A stretch of 64,000 nucleotides of DNA from a virus, in the IMG/VR virus record IMGVR_UViG_3300035670_000027; one strand, 5' to 3'. This document shows, piece after piece, positions 24,630 to 34,701 of the stretch. The first letter of the stretch is position 1. Every line of letters begins with the position of its first letter. A program made the translations under genes and the position numbers. The notes below the pieces were generated by a model. It was not told where the DNA came from. It saw only the letters and a program-made list of their open reading frames with translations, and did no database searches.

Positions 24630-25378
24630 TTGAGTATTTCGTTCCAAGTAACAAGTTCCCATTTGCCGTTATGATGTTCGACAAGTGCAGTACAAGATTC
24701 AACCCAATCGCCATCGTTCATATATATCACACCTTCTATTTCTTTAATTTCTGCGTTGTGGATGTGTCCGCAGATAACTCCATCGTATCCTTTTCTTTTA
24801 CAGTAGGATGCGAGGTTGTGTTCGAATTGAAAAATGAAATCAATTGCTTTTTTGACCCTATGTTTAAGATATTTGCTAAGGCTCCAATAACCCAAACCAA
24901 AACGGTGACGCAAGCGATTAAAAGAAGTATTGAAACTAAGGATAACATCGTATGCTTTATCTCCTAGAAAGGAGAGCCACGGTGCAAGGCGTGTAATACC
25001 ATCGAATAAGTCACCATGAGTGACCAGATAGTGCTTACCGTCAACACCAATGTGTTCAAACTGATTGAAGATTTCCACATTTCCAAAACTGAAGCCGTAC
25101 GGGAGCATTGGTCTGAGAAATTCATCATGGTTTCCCGCAATGTAGATAACTCTTGTTCCCCTCTTTGCATGTCCTAACACTCTCCTTACGACATTAGTGT
25201 GGCTCTGTTTCCATCGCCATTTGTTTTGTTGTATTTTCCATCCATCAATTATATCACCAACCAGATAAAGCGTTTCGCAATCGTTATGCTTTAAAAAATT
25301 ATTCAGTAATTCTGCTTTACAGTCTTTTGTTCCAAGATGTACATCACTAATAAAAATAGTTTTGTACTTTTTTTCCAT
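24626..25378 (-). CDS. UDP-2,3-diacylglucosamine hydrolase-like metallophosphoesterase
   Basis: SDVHLG, GDIIDGW, GNHD, HGD, GHIH and NDGDWVES motifs. Confidence 0.85.
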   Translation of the reverse strand: MEKKYKTIFISDVHLGTKDCKAELLNNFLKHNDCETLYLVGDIIDGWKIQQNKWRWKQSHTNVVRRVLGHAKRGTRVIYIAGNHDEFLRPMLPYGFSFGNVEIFNQFEHIGVDGKHYLVTHGDLFDGITRLAPWLSFLGDKAYDVILSFNTSFNRLRHRFGLGYWSLSKYLKHRVKKAIDFIFQFEHNLASYCKRKGYDGVICGHIHNAEIKEIEGVIYMNDGDWVESCTALVEHHNGKWELVTWNEILK

Positions 25379-25822
25379 TTAGTTACACCAACTTTGTTTT
25401 GCCTCTCCATAATATTCTCTAGCGAAACCCCTCTCAATAAGCATCATGCGTAGGCTCTTGCCATCAAGAACAACATCACCTAACACACGACCACCATATT
25501 TGTCCCAAGCCATAAGATAAATTTGTCTTTGTTGTGCTGATGCGATTGCTTGCTTAGTAAACTCTGATGCCGCTTTACCTCTTGCATCTTCTTGTGGGCA
25601 TTGGGCACGATGACCTTTCTCAGGAGTATCTACACCAAATACACGAATAGACAATTCTTTCTTAAGTGGATCGGGCAACCAGTTTGCTTGAAACGCAACT
25701 GTGTCACCATCGATAACTCTGGTAATTGTTGCGTTATAGAGTACACCTTCTTTTTGTTTCTGTGCATACGCTACTGGTGATAAAAGTAGCAATGCGACAA
25801 GTGAATAAATTATAGTTTTCAT
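25379..25822 (-). CDS. secreted thermonuclease (SNase family)
   Basis: Signal peptide; IDGDT, GVDTPE and DKYGGR motifs. Confidence 0.9.
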   Translation of the reverse strand: MKTIIYSLVALLLLSPVAYAQKQKEGVLYNATITRVIDGDTVAFQANWLPDPLKKELSIRVFGVDTPEKGHRAQCPQEDARGKAASEFTKQAIASAQQRQIYLMAWDKYGGRVLGDVVLDGKSLRMMLIERGFAREYYGEAKQSWCN

Positions 25823-25991
25823 TGAATTTTATCTCCTCGAATTACAATGCAGTCATATATGTATGCGTCACGATTGTTGTCTTGTAAGTTATGCTTTTCG
25901 ACTAGGCATTGGCTATGTGTTTCAAAATATCTTACTGTGTGCATGTCGGCAGTATTAATTGCTGACATAGCAACAAGGGCGTAGAGATACA

Positions 25992-26987
25992 TCATGCGGC
26001 TTTACCCCATACATCATCCCACTTACCAGACAATGCGCCTTTGGCATAGTCTGTGGCACGATTCTCAAAGAAGTTTGTATGAGTTGGTGCATTGATCATC
26101 TCTTCAACCCATGGCAATGGATTCTTTTTACGCTTGAAGATACCTTTCATGCCAAGAGAAATCAATCTGCGGTCTGCAATGTAGCGAATGTATTCTTTTA
26201 CATCCTCTGCCTTGAGGTTTTCCATCTCGCCCATTTCAAACGCAAGATCAATAAACTTATCTTCCAACTCAACCATCTTATCCGCAATCGTATATATTTT
26301 GCCTTTAAGTTCATCATTCCAAATCTCACGATTCTCTTCTATGTATGTACGGAATAACTTGATCATGGATTCGGCATGTTGCGTTTCATCTACAATTGAC
26401 CAAGTAACGATCTGCCCCATGCCACGCATCTTGCCATGTCTTGGAAAGTTCAATAGCATGATGAATGATGAGAACAATTGCATACCCTCTGTGAATGCAG
26501 AGAATGCGGCAATGTGTGTTGCAGTATTTTCTTTTGTTGTATTCTTTGATGAAATGTCGAGAATGTATTCATGCTTCTCTTTCATCTGTTCATACTCCAT
26601 AAACTCATTGTATGTGCTTTCAGGCATACCAAGAGTTTCAATCAAGTGCGAGTATGCGGCAATGTGCAATGCTTCTCTTGCGGCAAAGCCACAAAGCATC
26701 ATGCGTACTTCTGGTTGTGGAAAGTATGGCAGATAGTTCTTGACATAGCCACCAGCAACATCAATGTCGCCCTGTGTGAAGAAACGAAAAATGTGTGTAA
26801 GAAACTTCTTTTCGTTTTCTGATAGTTTTCTCTTCCAATCTTTTACATCTTCAAGCATCGGTACTTCTGTGTGAAGCCAGTGACTTTGCTCATGCTTCAA
26901 CCATGCTTCATACGCCCATGGATAATTGAATGGTTTAAAGTATGAACGATCTTCTTGTAGATTTAACTCTCTCTTGTTTGTAACCAT
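25992..26987 (-). CDS. nrdB: class Ia ribonucleotide reductase beta subunit
   Basis: EALH, EG and DETQH di-iron ligands; NFFE..Y motif. Confidence 0.95.
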   Translation of the reverse strand: MVTNKRELNLQEDRSYFKPFNYPWAYEAWLKHEQSHWLHTEVPMLEDVKDWKRKLSENEKKFLTHIFRFFTQGDIDVAGGYVKNYLPYFPQPEVRMMLCGFAAREALHIAAYSHLIETLGMPESTYNEFMEYEQMKEKHEYILDISSKNTTKENTATHIAAFSAFTEGMQLFSSFIMLLNFPRHGKMRGMGQIVTWSIVDETQHAESMIKLFRTYIEENREIWNDELKGKIYTIADKMVELEDKFIDLAFEMGEMENLKAEDVKEYIRYIADRRLISLGMKGIFKRKKNPLPWVEEMINAPTHTNFFENRATDYAKGALSGKWDDVWGKAA

Positions 26988-27262
26988 TTTTCTAAGTCCC
27001 TATTTGATACGATTAAATAATTTTTGTTTGGAAATTTCTGCTGAATATGATCTAGTACATCTTCAACTTGTTTTGATTGAACGATAAAGTCATTGTCACG
27101 CCATGCATAATATGTGTCTTCGATCTGTTCAATCTTAATATTGATTCTTTCTGCTTTTGGTTTTTCTCCTACATCTTCGTCTTCAATTGAAAATTTATCT
27201 CGCATGTAGATTGCAAGAAGAATGCCAATGACAAAGAAAATTAAATCAAAAATGTTATTCAT
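26963..27262 (-). CDS. hypothetical protein with N-terminal TM
   Basis: ORF between the nrd genes. Confidence 0.7.
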   Translation of the reverse strand: MNNIFDLIFFVIGILLAIYMRDKFSIEDEDVGEKPKAERINIKIEQIEDTYYAWRDNDFIVQSKQVEDVLDHIQQKFPNKNYLIVSNRDLEKWLQTRES

Positions 27263-27887
27263 ACATCACCGTATCAGAATCACCAAGCGCCCACTTAGCA
27301 TTGTGTTCGACAACATACTTCTTAGTGCAAACTTTAAAGTCTGGAAACAACAACTCTTTTGGATTTGATGATGGGTCCAAAAAGATTGTACGATTGTTTG
27401 GTTGTGCGGCATACTGTCCATTGTCAAGTTCAATAAAGTTAAATGACTTATGGTCCATTGGCTCTTCAGCGAAACCTGTTGGTACTATGTTGGGATCAGC
27501 ATTCGCATGATCAACTGTAAACATGTACTTGCCTTCATACCAGTTCTTATCTTTTGCATAAAATTTGCAACTGAGATTTTGCAAGAATGACTTACGAATT
27601 ACTGTAATGTCATAGCCCATGCAATCCCAAATCTGAAGATAGTTGAGTGGTAAGAATTCATCAGGCTTCAAATCTTTATTGCGAGATACAAATGCTGAGA
27701 TTGGAAACTTATCATACAATGCACCATAGTTAGGTAGATATGCTTCAATGCGTAGTGCTTGCCCTTGAATAGACTTCACACTTACCCAATAGCAAGGTTC
27801 ATACTCTCCAAAACCTTTTTCAAAGTCATAGAGAAATTCTTTGCGAATGTAACAATAAACTGTCGGTATGTTAGCAACTAGAAACAT
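27255..27887 (-). CDS. conserved phage hypothetical protein
   Basis: LDNGQYAAQPNNR motif. Confidence 0.85.
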   Translation of the reverse strand: MFLVANIPTVYCYIRKEFLYDFEKGFGEYEPCYWVSVKSIQGQALRIEAYLPNYGALYDKFPISAFVSRNKDLKPDEFLPLNYLQIWDCMGYDITVIRKSFLQNLSCKFYAKDKNWYEGKYMFTVDHANADPNIVPTGFAEEPMDHKSFNFIELDNGQYAAQPNNRTIFLDPSSNPKELLFPDFKVCTKKYVVEHNAKWALGDSDTVMYE

Positions 27888-27889
27888 GA

Positions 27890-29674
27890 TCAGCCTTCAC
27901 ATGCCAAGCAAGTATCACCCTCCACAATTGCTTTCATGTCGAGTTCTTTGATGACTTCCCTCTCAATACGCTTCGCCACTTTATCTGCCTTACCAATCTT
28001 TTCAGAACGGCAATAGTAAAGTGTCTTAAGACCATTTTTCCAAGCCATGAAATGAATGGCATGAAGATACTTGATATTAACATCTGGTCTGAAGAATAGA
28101 TTTAGCGATTGTGCTTGATCGACAAACTGTTGACGATCTGCGGCATGTTGAACAATCCATCGTTGATCAATCTCCATAGAAGTTTTGAATACATCTTTAG
28201 TCCAATCATCCATCCACTCTAGATGTTGTACTGAACCATCGTTTGCAATAATGCTTGACCATGTTTCTTCGTACCAACCCTCTTTGTGATTCTCTGCTTC
28301 TTTGCGAATGATTGCATCAAGATACTTATTCTTATTCAATGATGAACCTGATAAGGTATCTTGTCGATAAGCGTTTGCACGAAATGGTTCAATGCTAGGA
28401 CTGGTATTGCCCATAATAATACTGCTAGAGGCATTGGGTGCAATAGCCACCATGTGAGAAAAGCGCCTACCGGTGCCCATTGTATCAGGTGCTTCACCTC
28501 TTTCAGTACCAAGTTGTAGATTTGCATCTTCTAATCCTTTTTGAATGTGCTTGAAGATTTTCAAGTTCGTACCTGTTGCTTGGGCAGATTCCCAAGGAAT
28601 ATTTTTCTGCTGAAGATACGCATGAAAACCTAATGCACCAATGCCAATAGAACGCTCTTGCTTTGCAGAGTAAATCGCTCTTGAAATAGTTTTTGGTGCG
28701 TTATCAATAAAGTATTGTAACACATTATCTAGCATCTCTGCAACATCTTTAAGGAACAATTTATTCTTTGACCATTGATCATAGTACTCAAGATTCAATG
28801 ACGATAGGCAACATACCGCAGTACGCTTCTTATCGGTAGGCAGAATAATCTCTGAACACAAGTTCGATTGCCTAATTGAAAGCCCTTTGTCTTTCTGAAA
28901 CTGTGGCATCAAACGATTGCTTGTATCGATGAAATGAATGTATGGTTCACCAGTGATCATGCGAGTTTCAAGAATGCGTTGCCACAATTCTCTCGCAGAG
29001 ATAACTTCACGAACCTCACCGCTATGTGGGTCTTTAAGTTCCCATGAATCATCTGCATGTGCATCAAGCATACACTTTTCAATCAATTGCATGAAGTCAT
29101 CTGTAATATTGATGCCGTGATGCAAATTGAGTGTACGCATATTTGGATCGCCAGTTGGCTTTCGCATCTCTAAAAACATAAGTATATCAGGATGGGAAAT
29201 ATCCAAGTAAGTAGCATAACTGCCTCTACGAGTTCGACCTTGCCTGTAAGCAAGAGAAGAAGCATCATAAGTGCGTAGGTGAGGCATAACACCAACACTT
29301 TTGTCATCAGCACTACGAATACCAAGACCAATTCCAACACCTCCTCCCAACATCGATAGCCAGTTAACTTCGGATAGTGTATCGACCAGTCCCTCTGCGC
29401 TATCATCTAGGTAGGGAAGAAAACAACTTATAGGAAGACCACGCTTAGAACGACCAAAGGACAAGATAGGAGTAGAATAAGAAAGCCAATGTCTACTACT
29501 ATAGTCATAAAGTCTTTGTGCGTGTTCGGCATTTGATCCGAACGCTTTTGAAACATATGCAAACCTTTCTTGTGGAGAGTTTTCTTCCTCTCTCATGTAA
29601 CTCTCTTTTAATCTTTTGATTCCCAACTCATCAAATAGTTCATCTCTACTATAATCGACTATAATTTCAGACAT
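27890..29674 (-). CDS. nrdA: ribonucleotide reductase alpha subunit (no ATP cone)
   Basis: SCF, SNLCSE, APNASSS, LYY and C-terminal CLAC. Confidence 0.95.
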   Translation of the reverse strand: MSEIIVDYSRDELFDELGIKRLKESYMREEENSPQERFAYVSKAFGSNAEHAQRLYDYSSRHWLSYSTPILSFGRSKRGLPISCFLPYLDDSAEGLVDTLSEVNWLSMLGGGVGIGLGIRSADDKSVGVMPHLRTYDASSLAYRQGRTRRGSYATYLDISHPDILMFLEMRKPTGDPNMRTLNLHHGINITDDFMQLIEKCMLDAHADDSWELKDPHSGEVREVISARELWQRILETRMITGEPYIHFIDTSNRLMPQFQKDKGLSIRQSNLCSEIILPTDKKRTAVCCLSSLNLEYYDQWSKNKLFLKDVAEMLDNVLQYFIDNAPKTISRAIYSAKQERSIGIGALGFHAYLQQKNIPWESAQATGTNLKIFKHIQKGLEDANLQLGTERGEAPDTMGTGRRFSHMVAIAPNASSSIIMGNTSPSIEPFRANAYRQDTLSGSSLNKNKYLDAIIRKEAENHKEGWYEETWSSIIANDGSVQHLEWMDDWTKDVFKTSMEIDQRWIVQHAADRQQFVDQAQSLNLFFRPDVNIKYLHAIHFMAWKNGLKTLYYCRSEKIGKADKVAKRIEREVIKELDMKAIVEGDTCLACEG

Positions 29675-29834
29675 TTAATTTCCTTTTTCTTTTAATTCTT
29701 CGTACTTCAATTTAAGCCAAGGCAAATTTCGTTTAACATATTCATCGAATGTTATATACTCTTGGTTATAGTTTAATCTCTCTTCACGATTTAAACTATA
29801 CATGCTATACATCCAAGTTCTAAATTCGTTATCG

Positions 29835-30518
29835 TTATCCATCTGTTTTCTCCACAAAGTCTGAGATCATAGGGAACACCTTACTTATAACTTCTGCACA
29901 TGCTTTTGCAATTTCGATATGTTCTTTCTGAGTACCATTACCACTTCTCAATTCAATGTAATGCACCCAACTTCTTAATGTGCCATTGACATACAACCTT
30001 GATACAGTCAATCCTTCTGGTAGTACTGCTCTCGCTTGTTCTTTTGCAATACCGTTTTTGATTGCCCAATCATATTCTCTTTGTGCCGCAAAGATAACTC
30101 TCTTTTGCGCTCTCTCCCATTCAATTTGAAGAAGATGATCGTCAATTTCTATACTGTTTTGTCGATTCTTGGTGTCCTGAAGGCGTGCCTCTCTACATAC
30201 GAAATCCAAATCTTTCGTTGGATCGGCGTAGCGTTGGCTAAATTCTTGAAAGGAAAAACTTCTGTGTCTAAGGAATTGTCTTGCGATATCTCTGGTTGTT
30301 TCGACTTCGATGCAGACTGAGACCATTTCGAGTGGTGACCAGTGCTTATTGTTGACGAGGTATTTGATGAGTCTTTCTGAAGTTTCGGTATTGGACTGAT
30401 TGGCTGGATTCGAAACTCTCGCACAATACGCCACCAAGTCCTGGGCGTCAAAGGTATGTTGTAAAGCATTTTTGAAATCCTCAGAGGGTTGACTGTAACT
30501 AATTAATTTGACTTTCAT
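29835..30518 (-). CDS. thyX: flavin-dependent thymidylate synthase
   Basis: RHRSFSFQEFSQRY motif. Confidence 0.95.
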   Translation of the reverse strand: MKVKLISYSQPSEDFKNALQHTFDAQDLVAYCARVSNPANQSNTETSERLIKYLVNNKHWSPLEMVSVCIEVETTRDIARQFLRHRSFSFQEFSQRYADPTKDLDFVCREARLQDTKNRQNSIEIDDHLLQIEWERAQKRVIFAAQREYDWAIKNGIAKEQARAVLPEGLTVSRLYVNGTLRSWVHYIELRSGNGTQKEHIEIAKACAEVISKVFPMISDFVEKTDG

Positions 30519-31543
30519 GTTTTCTTCCATAGATTAAATTGCAACATCGCTTCAGGACCAGAAAAAGTATTTTTATTTATAGTATTCTGTATCTCTTCAG
30601 CACTTAAATTCTGCTTGACTATCATATCGTTGATATCTTTTTCCAAAATTTCTTTCGACCAAATGCAAACTGTATAACCATCATCGATTGCTGATTTAAC
30701 TTCTCTTACGATTTCTTTGTTTCTAGGTTCATTGTCATATACTAAAATCAATTTATCTTTAGGCAAATACTCACCAACTGATTTTAGATTTGCGTTACCA
30801 ACTGCTACAGAGTTAGGTAAGAATAAACTATCAATAGGTCCTTCTGTTACATAAATTGTCTGATCTTTGTCTACATTATTCAGACAAAAAATCATTGGGG
30901 CATCATCTTTGATGCGTATTGTCACATAGCGTAACTTTTCACCACGAATTGCACGACCAGATAATCCAACCAGGTCACCATCGCCGTCAAAAAAAGGCAA
31001 TACGAGCCTCGGCTCATTGCCTAGTATCTTGTCTTCATATCCATCTGCAAACTGCTTAAACTTCGCTATGTCATCCACATAGTATAACTCATCATACTTA
31101 TGCTCTGGGATTTTTCTAGAACGCAAGTATTTGACTACCTCATGATCATTTGCCAACTTTTTAATTGGTGTCAGTAAACCTTTAAATGCGTTATCTTGTT
31201 TCGTACTCTGAAATGTAACTGGCTTGAAAACAAAGCCATGCTCTTTGTGTGCTTTGTGCCCAGTCTCACCAGACTTGTATCGATCAAGGCAATATTCTTT
31301 GTATAGATTTGGATCAAGAAATTTTATCAGATTGCCAAGAGACATTGATGCCTGACAATTGTGGCACTTGTATGATAGCCCACCTTTGTTTGGGTAAAGA
31401 TATCCCCTCGCTTTGTTGCGATTGGTTTGACTGTCACCACATACGGGACAACGGAAATTATAATTGTAGTCGCCTTTGCGCTTAAACTTATCTAAGCGAA
31501 TGGAAATAGTACCGACATACTGCTGATCAAGCCACATACTCAT
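30515..31543 (-). CDS. 61: DNA primase (gp61)
   Basis: CPVCGD zinc finger; EGPIDSLF and DNEPRN motifs. Confidence 0.95.
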   Translation of the reverse strand: MSMWLDQQYVGTISIRLDKFKRKGDYNYNFRCPVCGDSQTNRNKARGYLYPNKGGLSYKCHNCQASMSLGNLIKFLDPNLYKEYCLDRYKSGETGHKAHKEHGFVFKPVTFQSTKQDNAFKGLLTPIKKLANDHEVVKYLRSRKIPEHKYDELYYVDDIAKFKQFADGYEDKILGNEPRLVLPFFDGDGDLVGLSGRAIRGEKLRYVTIRIKDDAPMIFCLNNVDKDQTIYVTEGPIDSLFLPNSVAVGNANLKSVGEYLPKDKLILVYDNEPRNKEIVREVKSAIDDGYTVCIWSKEILEKDINDMIVKQNLSAEEIQNTINKNTFSGPEAMLQFNLWKKT

Positions 31544-31577
31544 AATTTAAAATACTCCAGAGATACGATTTCTGCTA

Positions 31578-31605
31578 GTATAGCAGAAAGTCGCTTAAAG
31601 GTCAA
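31578..31605 (-). promoter_or_regulatory. sigma70 promoter for primase
   Basis: TTGACC-17-TATACT. Confidence 0.6.
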
Positions 31606-32037
31606 CTAGCCAAATAATGCAAGAAGTGCTTCTATTCTAACATTGGAGATAATCCATGCCAAAACAACTACGCCACCGGCAATCATCCACTTCCATTGAA
31701 GAATCTTTTTGAGGTCTTCATCCTCTTTTTGATTGTGTTCGCTAATGTGTGAACGCAAAGACTTTATCTCATCCATAATCCTACGCTCAGTCAATTCTAT
31801 CTTATCAGATAGATTTCTGTCAACTGTTGATATGCGAGAATGGAGTTCTTTGATATCTTGTCCTGTATCGTCTTCTCTTTTGTTCATGTCGTTATAAATC
31901 TGATTGACCATGCGATCATTATTGTCCACCAATTTTTCTATAATGGTGTCCATCTTTTGGCACAATTGCGTGATGTTGGAGACCTGAGTTTTCAGGACCT
32001 CCACATCAACTCTAAGACTAACTGTTGAATCTTCCAT
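31606..32037 (-). CDS. coiled-coil protein with C-terminal TM
   Basis: ORF in the lysis region. Confidence 0.8.
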   Translation of the reverse strand: MEDSTVSLRVDVEVLKTQVSNITQLCQKMDTIIEKLVDNNDRMVNQIYNDMNKREDDTGQDIKELHSRISTVDRNLSDKIELTERRIMDEIKSLRSHISEHNQKEDEDLKKILQWKWMIAGGVVVLAWIISNVRIEALLALFG

Positions 32038-32274
32038 TTACTTTGGTGGAACTTTTGTTCCTTCAAGTTTCTTATGTACCTTCATTTCTTTGCATTCTTG
32101 AACCTGCTTGCCATCTTTACCCATGACTGGCTTGCCATCTTTGGTTACTTTGTCAATGCAAACTTTTTTAACTTGTGCAGGTACGGGTTCTTTTTTTGGT
32201 TCTTCTTTAGCACATGCGGCAGTACCGAATGCCAAAGACATTGCAACAAATGTAGATGTGATTAATTTCTTCAT
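32038..32274 (-). CDS. small exported protein
   Basis: Signal peptide; Cys pair. Confidence 0.75.
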   Translation of the reverse strand: MKKLITSTFVAMSLAFGTAACAKEEPKKEPVPAQVKKVCIDKVTKDGKPVMGKDGKQVQECKEMKVHKKLEGTKVPPK

Positions 32275-32528
32275 AGTTCCTCCTGATGGTTTGTATATTT
32301 ATCGATTGAAGGTTTTCTATCTGCAAATCTTTCGGTGACTGTGACACCTAATCCTGCGATTGCAATAAACATCATACCTTCAAACATGTATTCATGTACT
32401 TCATAGCCAAAAAATAAATTTGCGAAAAAAGCAATGCTACAAAAACAAAATGCGGCGAATGTTACAACTCGCTTACTACTCCAAGTTCCATCCGCCCCAT
32501 CTTGCAACATGCTTTTGAAAAACGACAT
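32271..32528 (-). CDS. holin-like 2-TM protein
   Basis: SSKR followed by two TM helices; near the endolysin. Confidence 0.6.
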   Translation of the reverse strand: MSFFKSMLQDGADGTWSSKRVVTFAAFCFCSIAFFANLFFGYEVHEYMFEGMMFIAIAGLGVTVTERFADRKPSIDKYTNHQEEL

Positions 32529-33014
32529 TTAAATCTCCGGATGATTCACCGGTGCTGGTCCTGGCTTACCACCAAATCCTGACACCACTTCTCCAGTAGA
32601 CATAGATTCATAATCAACTTTTGGTTTTTCAAATACTGGGTCTTCTTTCTTAAAAGGATTCTTTACATCACCGAATCCAAAACCACCTGATGTTGGTGCT
32701 GGTGGTGGCGGTGGTGTGTATGGTTTGTTTGCGGCTTCAAGTGCTTTCATTTTCATGTCTTTGTCATCGCCAGCAAGCATGATGCCTGATAGAGTACCAG
32801 TCAAGAATGTTGCGATTGGAATGATTAACTCAAAGAATTTGTTGTCAACTGGTGACATACCATTCATTGGTTGAGTAACAAAGATAAGAGAATAAAGAAC
32901 AACAAATACAATGCCGAACAATGTGAGTCCTAGCACAATGCCGATGAAAAATTTTAATCGTGCATTGAGTTCTTCTGTGGTGTATTTTTCACCTCTAAAT
33001 AAACTGTCTAACAT
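32529..33014 (-). CDS. 2-TM membrane protein with Pro-rich tail
   Basis: Hydropathy pattern. Confidence 0.75.
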   Translation of the reverse strand: MLDSLFRGEKYTTEELNARLKFFIGIVLGLTLFGIVFVVLYSLIFVTQPMNGMSPVDNKFFELIIPIATFLTGTLSGIMLAGDDKDMKMKALEAANKPYTPPPPPAPTSGGFGFGDVKNPFKKEDPVFEKPKVDYESMSTGEVVSGFGGKPGPAPVNHPEI

Positions 33015-33238
33015 GATCCCGCCCCTCCTTGTGCTGGTTTATTACTTGGTGCTGGTTTTGGTGCACCTGGCTTTTCATAGTGAGTTAAGTCTTCAGGACA
33101 TGTTCCATCAGCACTACACCATGGCTTCTTACATTCTTGTTTGTCCCAATTGTCCGGGTCTTGACATGGGTATCTAAATCGGTCACTACATCCAGTCATC
33201 ATCAAAGCGGCGATTCCCGCAATGATTAGTAATTTCAT
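33008..33238 (-). CDS. small lipoprotein
   Basis: MTGC lipobox; RYPCQDP motif. Confidence 0.75.
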   Translation of the reverse strand: MKLLIIAGIAALMMTGCSDRFRYPCQDPDNWDKQECKKPWCSADGTCPEDLTHYEKPGAPKPAPSNKPAQGGAGSC

Positions 33239-33864
33239 TAGTGTGCTCCTAATACATGAAGTGCATGGTTGTAATGCTTAATGCGATCTTCAAGACCGAT
33301 AAAACCACCATTGATGCGCTTTGTTAAAGTTTTAATATCACCGCTATCTGCCCACTGGTTGAGTTTGTTTGTCTCCCAGAACCAACATGCAGATTGTGCG
33401 GCACCTTCGAATGTGCCAAGATACTCGGTTGCTTCGTCAGCAGAAATCTCTAATGATGCGGCGAACCAAGTATAGTTATCTCTACCTGTCAATTGAATCA
33501 AACCACGACCACGATACTTCCAGCCATCACCTGATGCTTCATCACGATTGCCCATGCGATTTGCATAGACACGATTTGCGATTGCTTGTGCTTTGTTTGG
33601 TCTGCTTGCGTACTCTTGTGCTAGTGCATCTGTTGGGAAGTACTTTGGAAAAATCTTTCTTAGCGTTTGCCAACGATAGTTTAGATTCTCTTCAAGAATT
33701 GCAAAGTTTGCAGATTCGTGGGCGCATTGTGCAATGAACGCCGCCATTCTCTGCGGTGTATTAATTTCGTAATCAGGAAACAATTGTGCTAGAGCGCCAT
33801 GCCAATATTCGACATACTTGTTTCTAGGCAATAATTGTTTCAATTGGTCTAAGGTTAATTCCAT
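33238..33864 (-). CDS. GH19 endolysin
   Basis: AQCAHES, ENLNY, YRGRGLIQLTG and INGG motifs. Confidence 0.95.
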   Translation of the reverse strand: MELTLDQLKQLLPRNKYVEYWHGALAQLFPDYEINTPQRMAAFIAQCAHESANFAILEENLNYRWQTLRKIFPKYFPTDALAQEYASRPNKAQAIANRVYANRMGNRDEASGDGWKYRGRGLIQLTGRDNYTWFAASLEISADEATEYLGTFEGAAQSACWFWETNKLNQWADSGDIKTLTKRINGGFIGLEDRIKHYNHALHVLGAH

Positions 33865-33878
33865 AAGCCATCCTTTCT

Positions 33879-34268
33879 TTATTTACTTTTCTCAGATTTT
33901 TTCGCAGGCTCATAATATTCTTTATACTTAACGATGATTGCTCTTTGCTTCACAATATAGTTTCTCAACTCTGCCATTGTTAATGACAACTGCTCATAGC
34001 CTTCATCGGTAAGTGCAATTAAAACAAGATCAACATTCTTTTCTCTTAGACTGTTCCATACTTGTTCAGCATTCTCTGGTGTGATTACAACCCATTGTAC
34101 ATCACGCTTTTCTAGCGGTGGAGGATCACTCAGATTTAATGGTGTCTTTTCTACTGCTACAGTTTTTACCTCTAGAGGTTTTACATCTGTACCCCACTTA
34201 GGCAAAATAGAGCAACCACTAATTAGCGGGATTAGTGTAGTCGCTATCAATAAGGTTCGGACATTCAC
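33879..34268 (-). CDS. putative o-spanin lipoprotein
   Basis: ISGC lipobox; overlaps the i-spanin gene. Confidence 0.65.
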   Translation of the reverse strand: MNVRTLLIATTLIPLISGCSILPKWGTDVKPLEVKTVAVEKTPLNLSDPPPLEKRDVQWVVITPENAEQVWNSLREKNVDLVLIALTDEGYEQLSLTMAELRNYIVKQRAIIVKYKEYYEPAKKSEKSK

Positions 34269-34701
34269 GATTTGCCTCCGTTGGTGTTTTTGCTTTTTTC
34301 TCTGCTTCATTCAATGGTGCACCAGATGCAAGTTCTAAACAACGCAATGCATTTGTTGTACCACGATTAATTAGTTCTTGTGCTTTCTCTGGATTGTTTG
34401 CAACAAACGCACCAAAGTCTCTCTTATCAAATTTCTTTGTTAGATTCGCAACATCTTTCTTTTGCTTTTCATTCTCAACTTCTAATTCTTTGTTAATGGT
34501 TTGAATCTGTGCAACTTCTTTCTGCATATTCTCTATGACTTGATTCTGTTTCTCTGCGGCATCTTTCAATGTTTTTGCATTCATTTCAGACACGGCTAAG
34601 TCTGCTTTCAAATTAGTGATATACCAAATACCACCAATCACGGTAAGCACAACTACCGAAATCAAAACCATACGAATTATCGGAACAATTGCGAGTATCA
34701 T
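34219..34701 (-). CDS. putative i-spanin
   Basis: N-terminal TM followed by coiled coil. Confidence 0.65.
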   Translation of the reverse strand: MILAIVPIIRMVLISVVVLTVIGGIWYITNLKADLAVSEMNAKTLKDAAEKQNQVIENMQKEVAQIQTINKELEVENEKQKKDVANLTKKFDKRDFGAFVANNPEKAQELINRGTTNALRCLELASGAPLNEAEKKAKTPTEANRECPNLIDSDYTNPAN

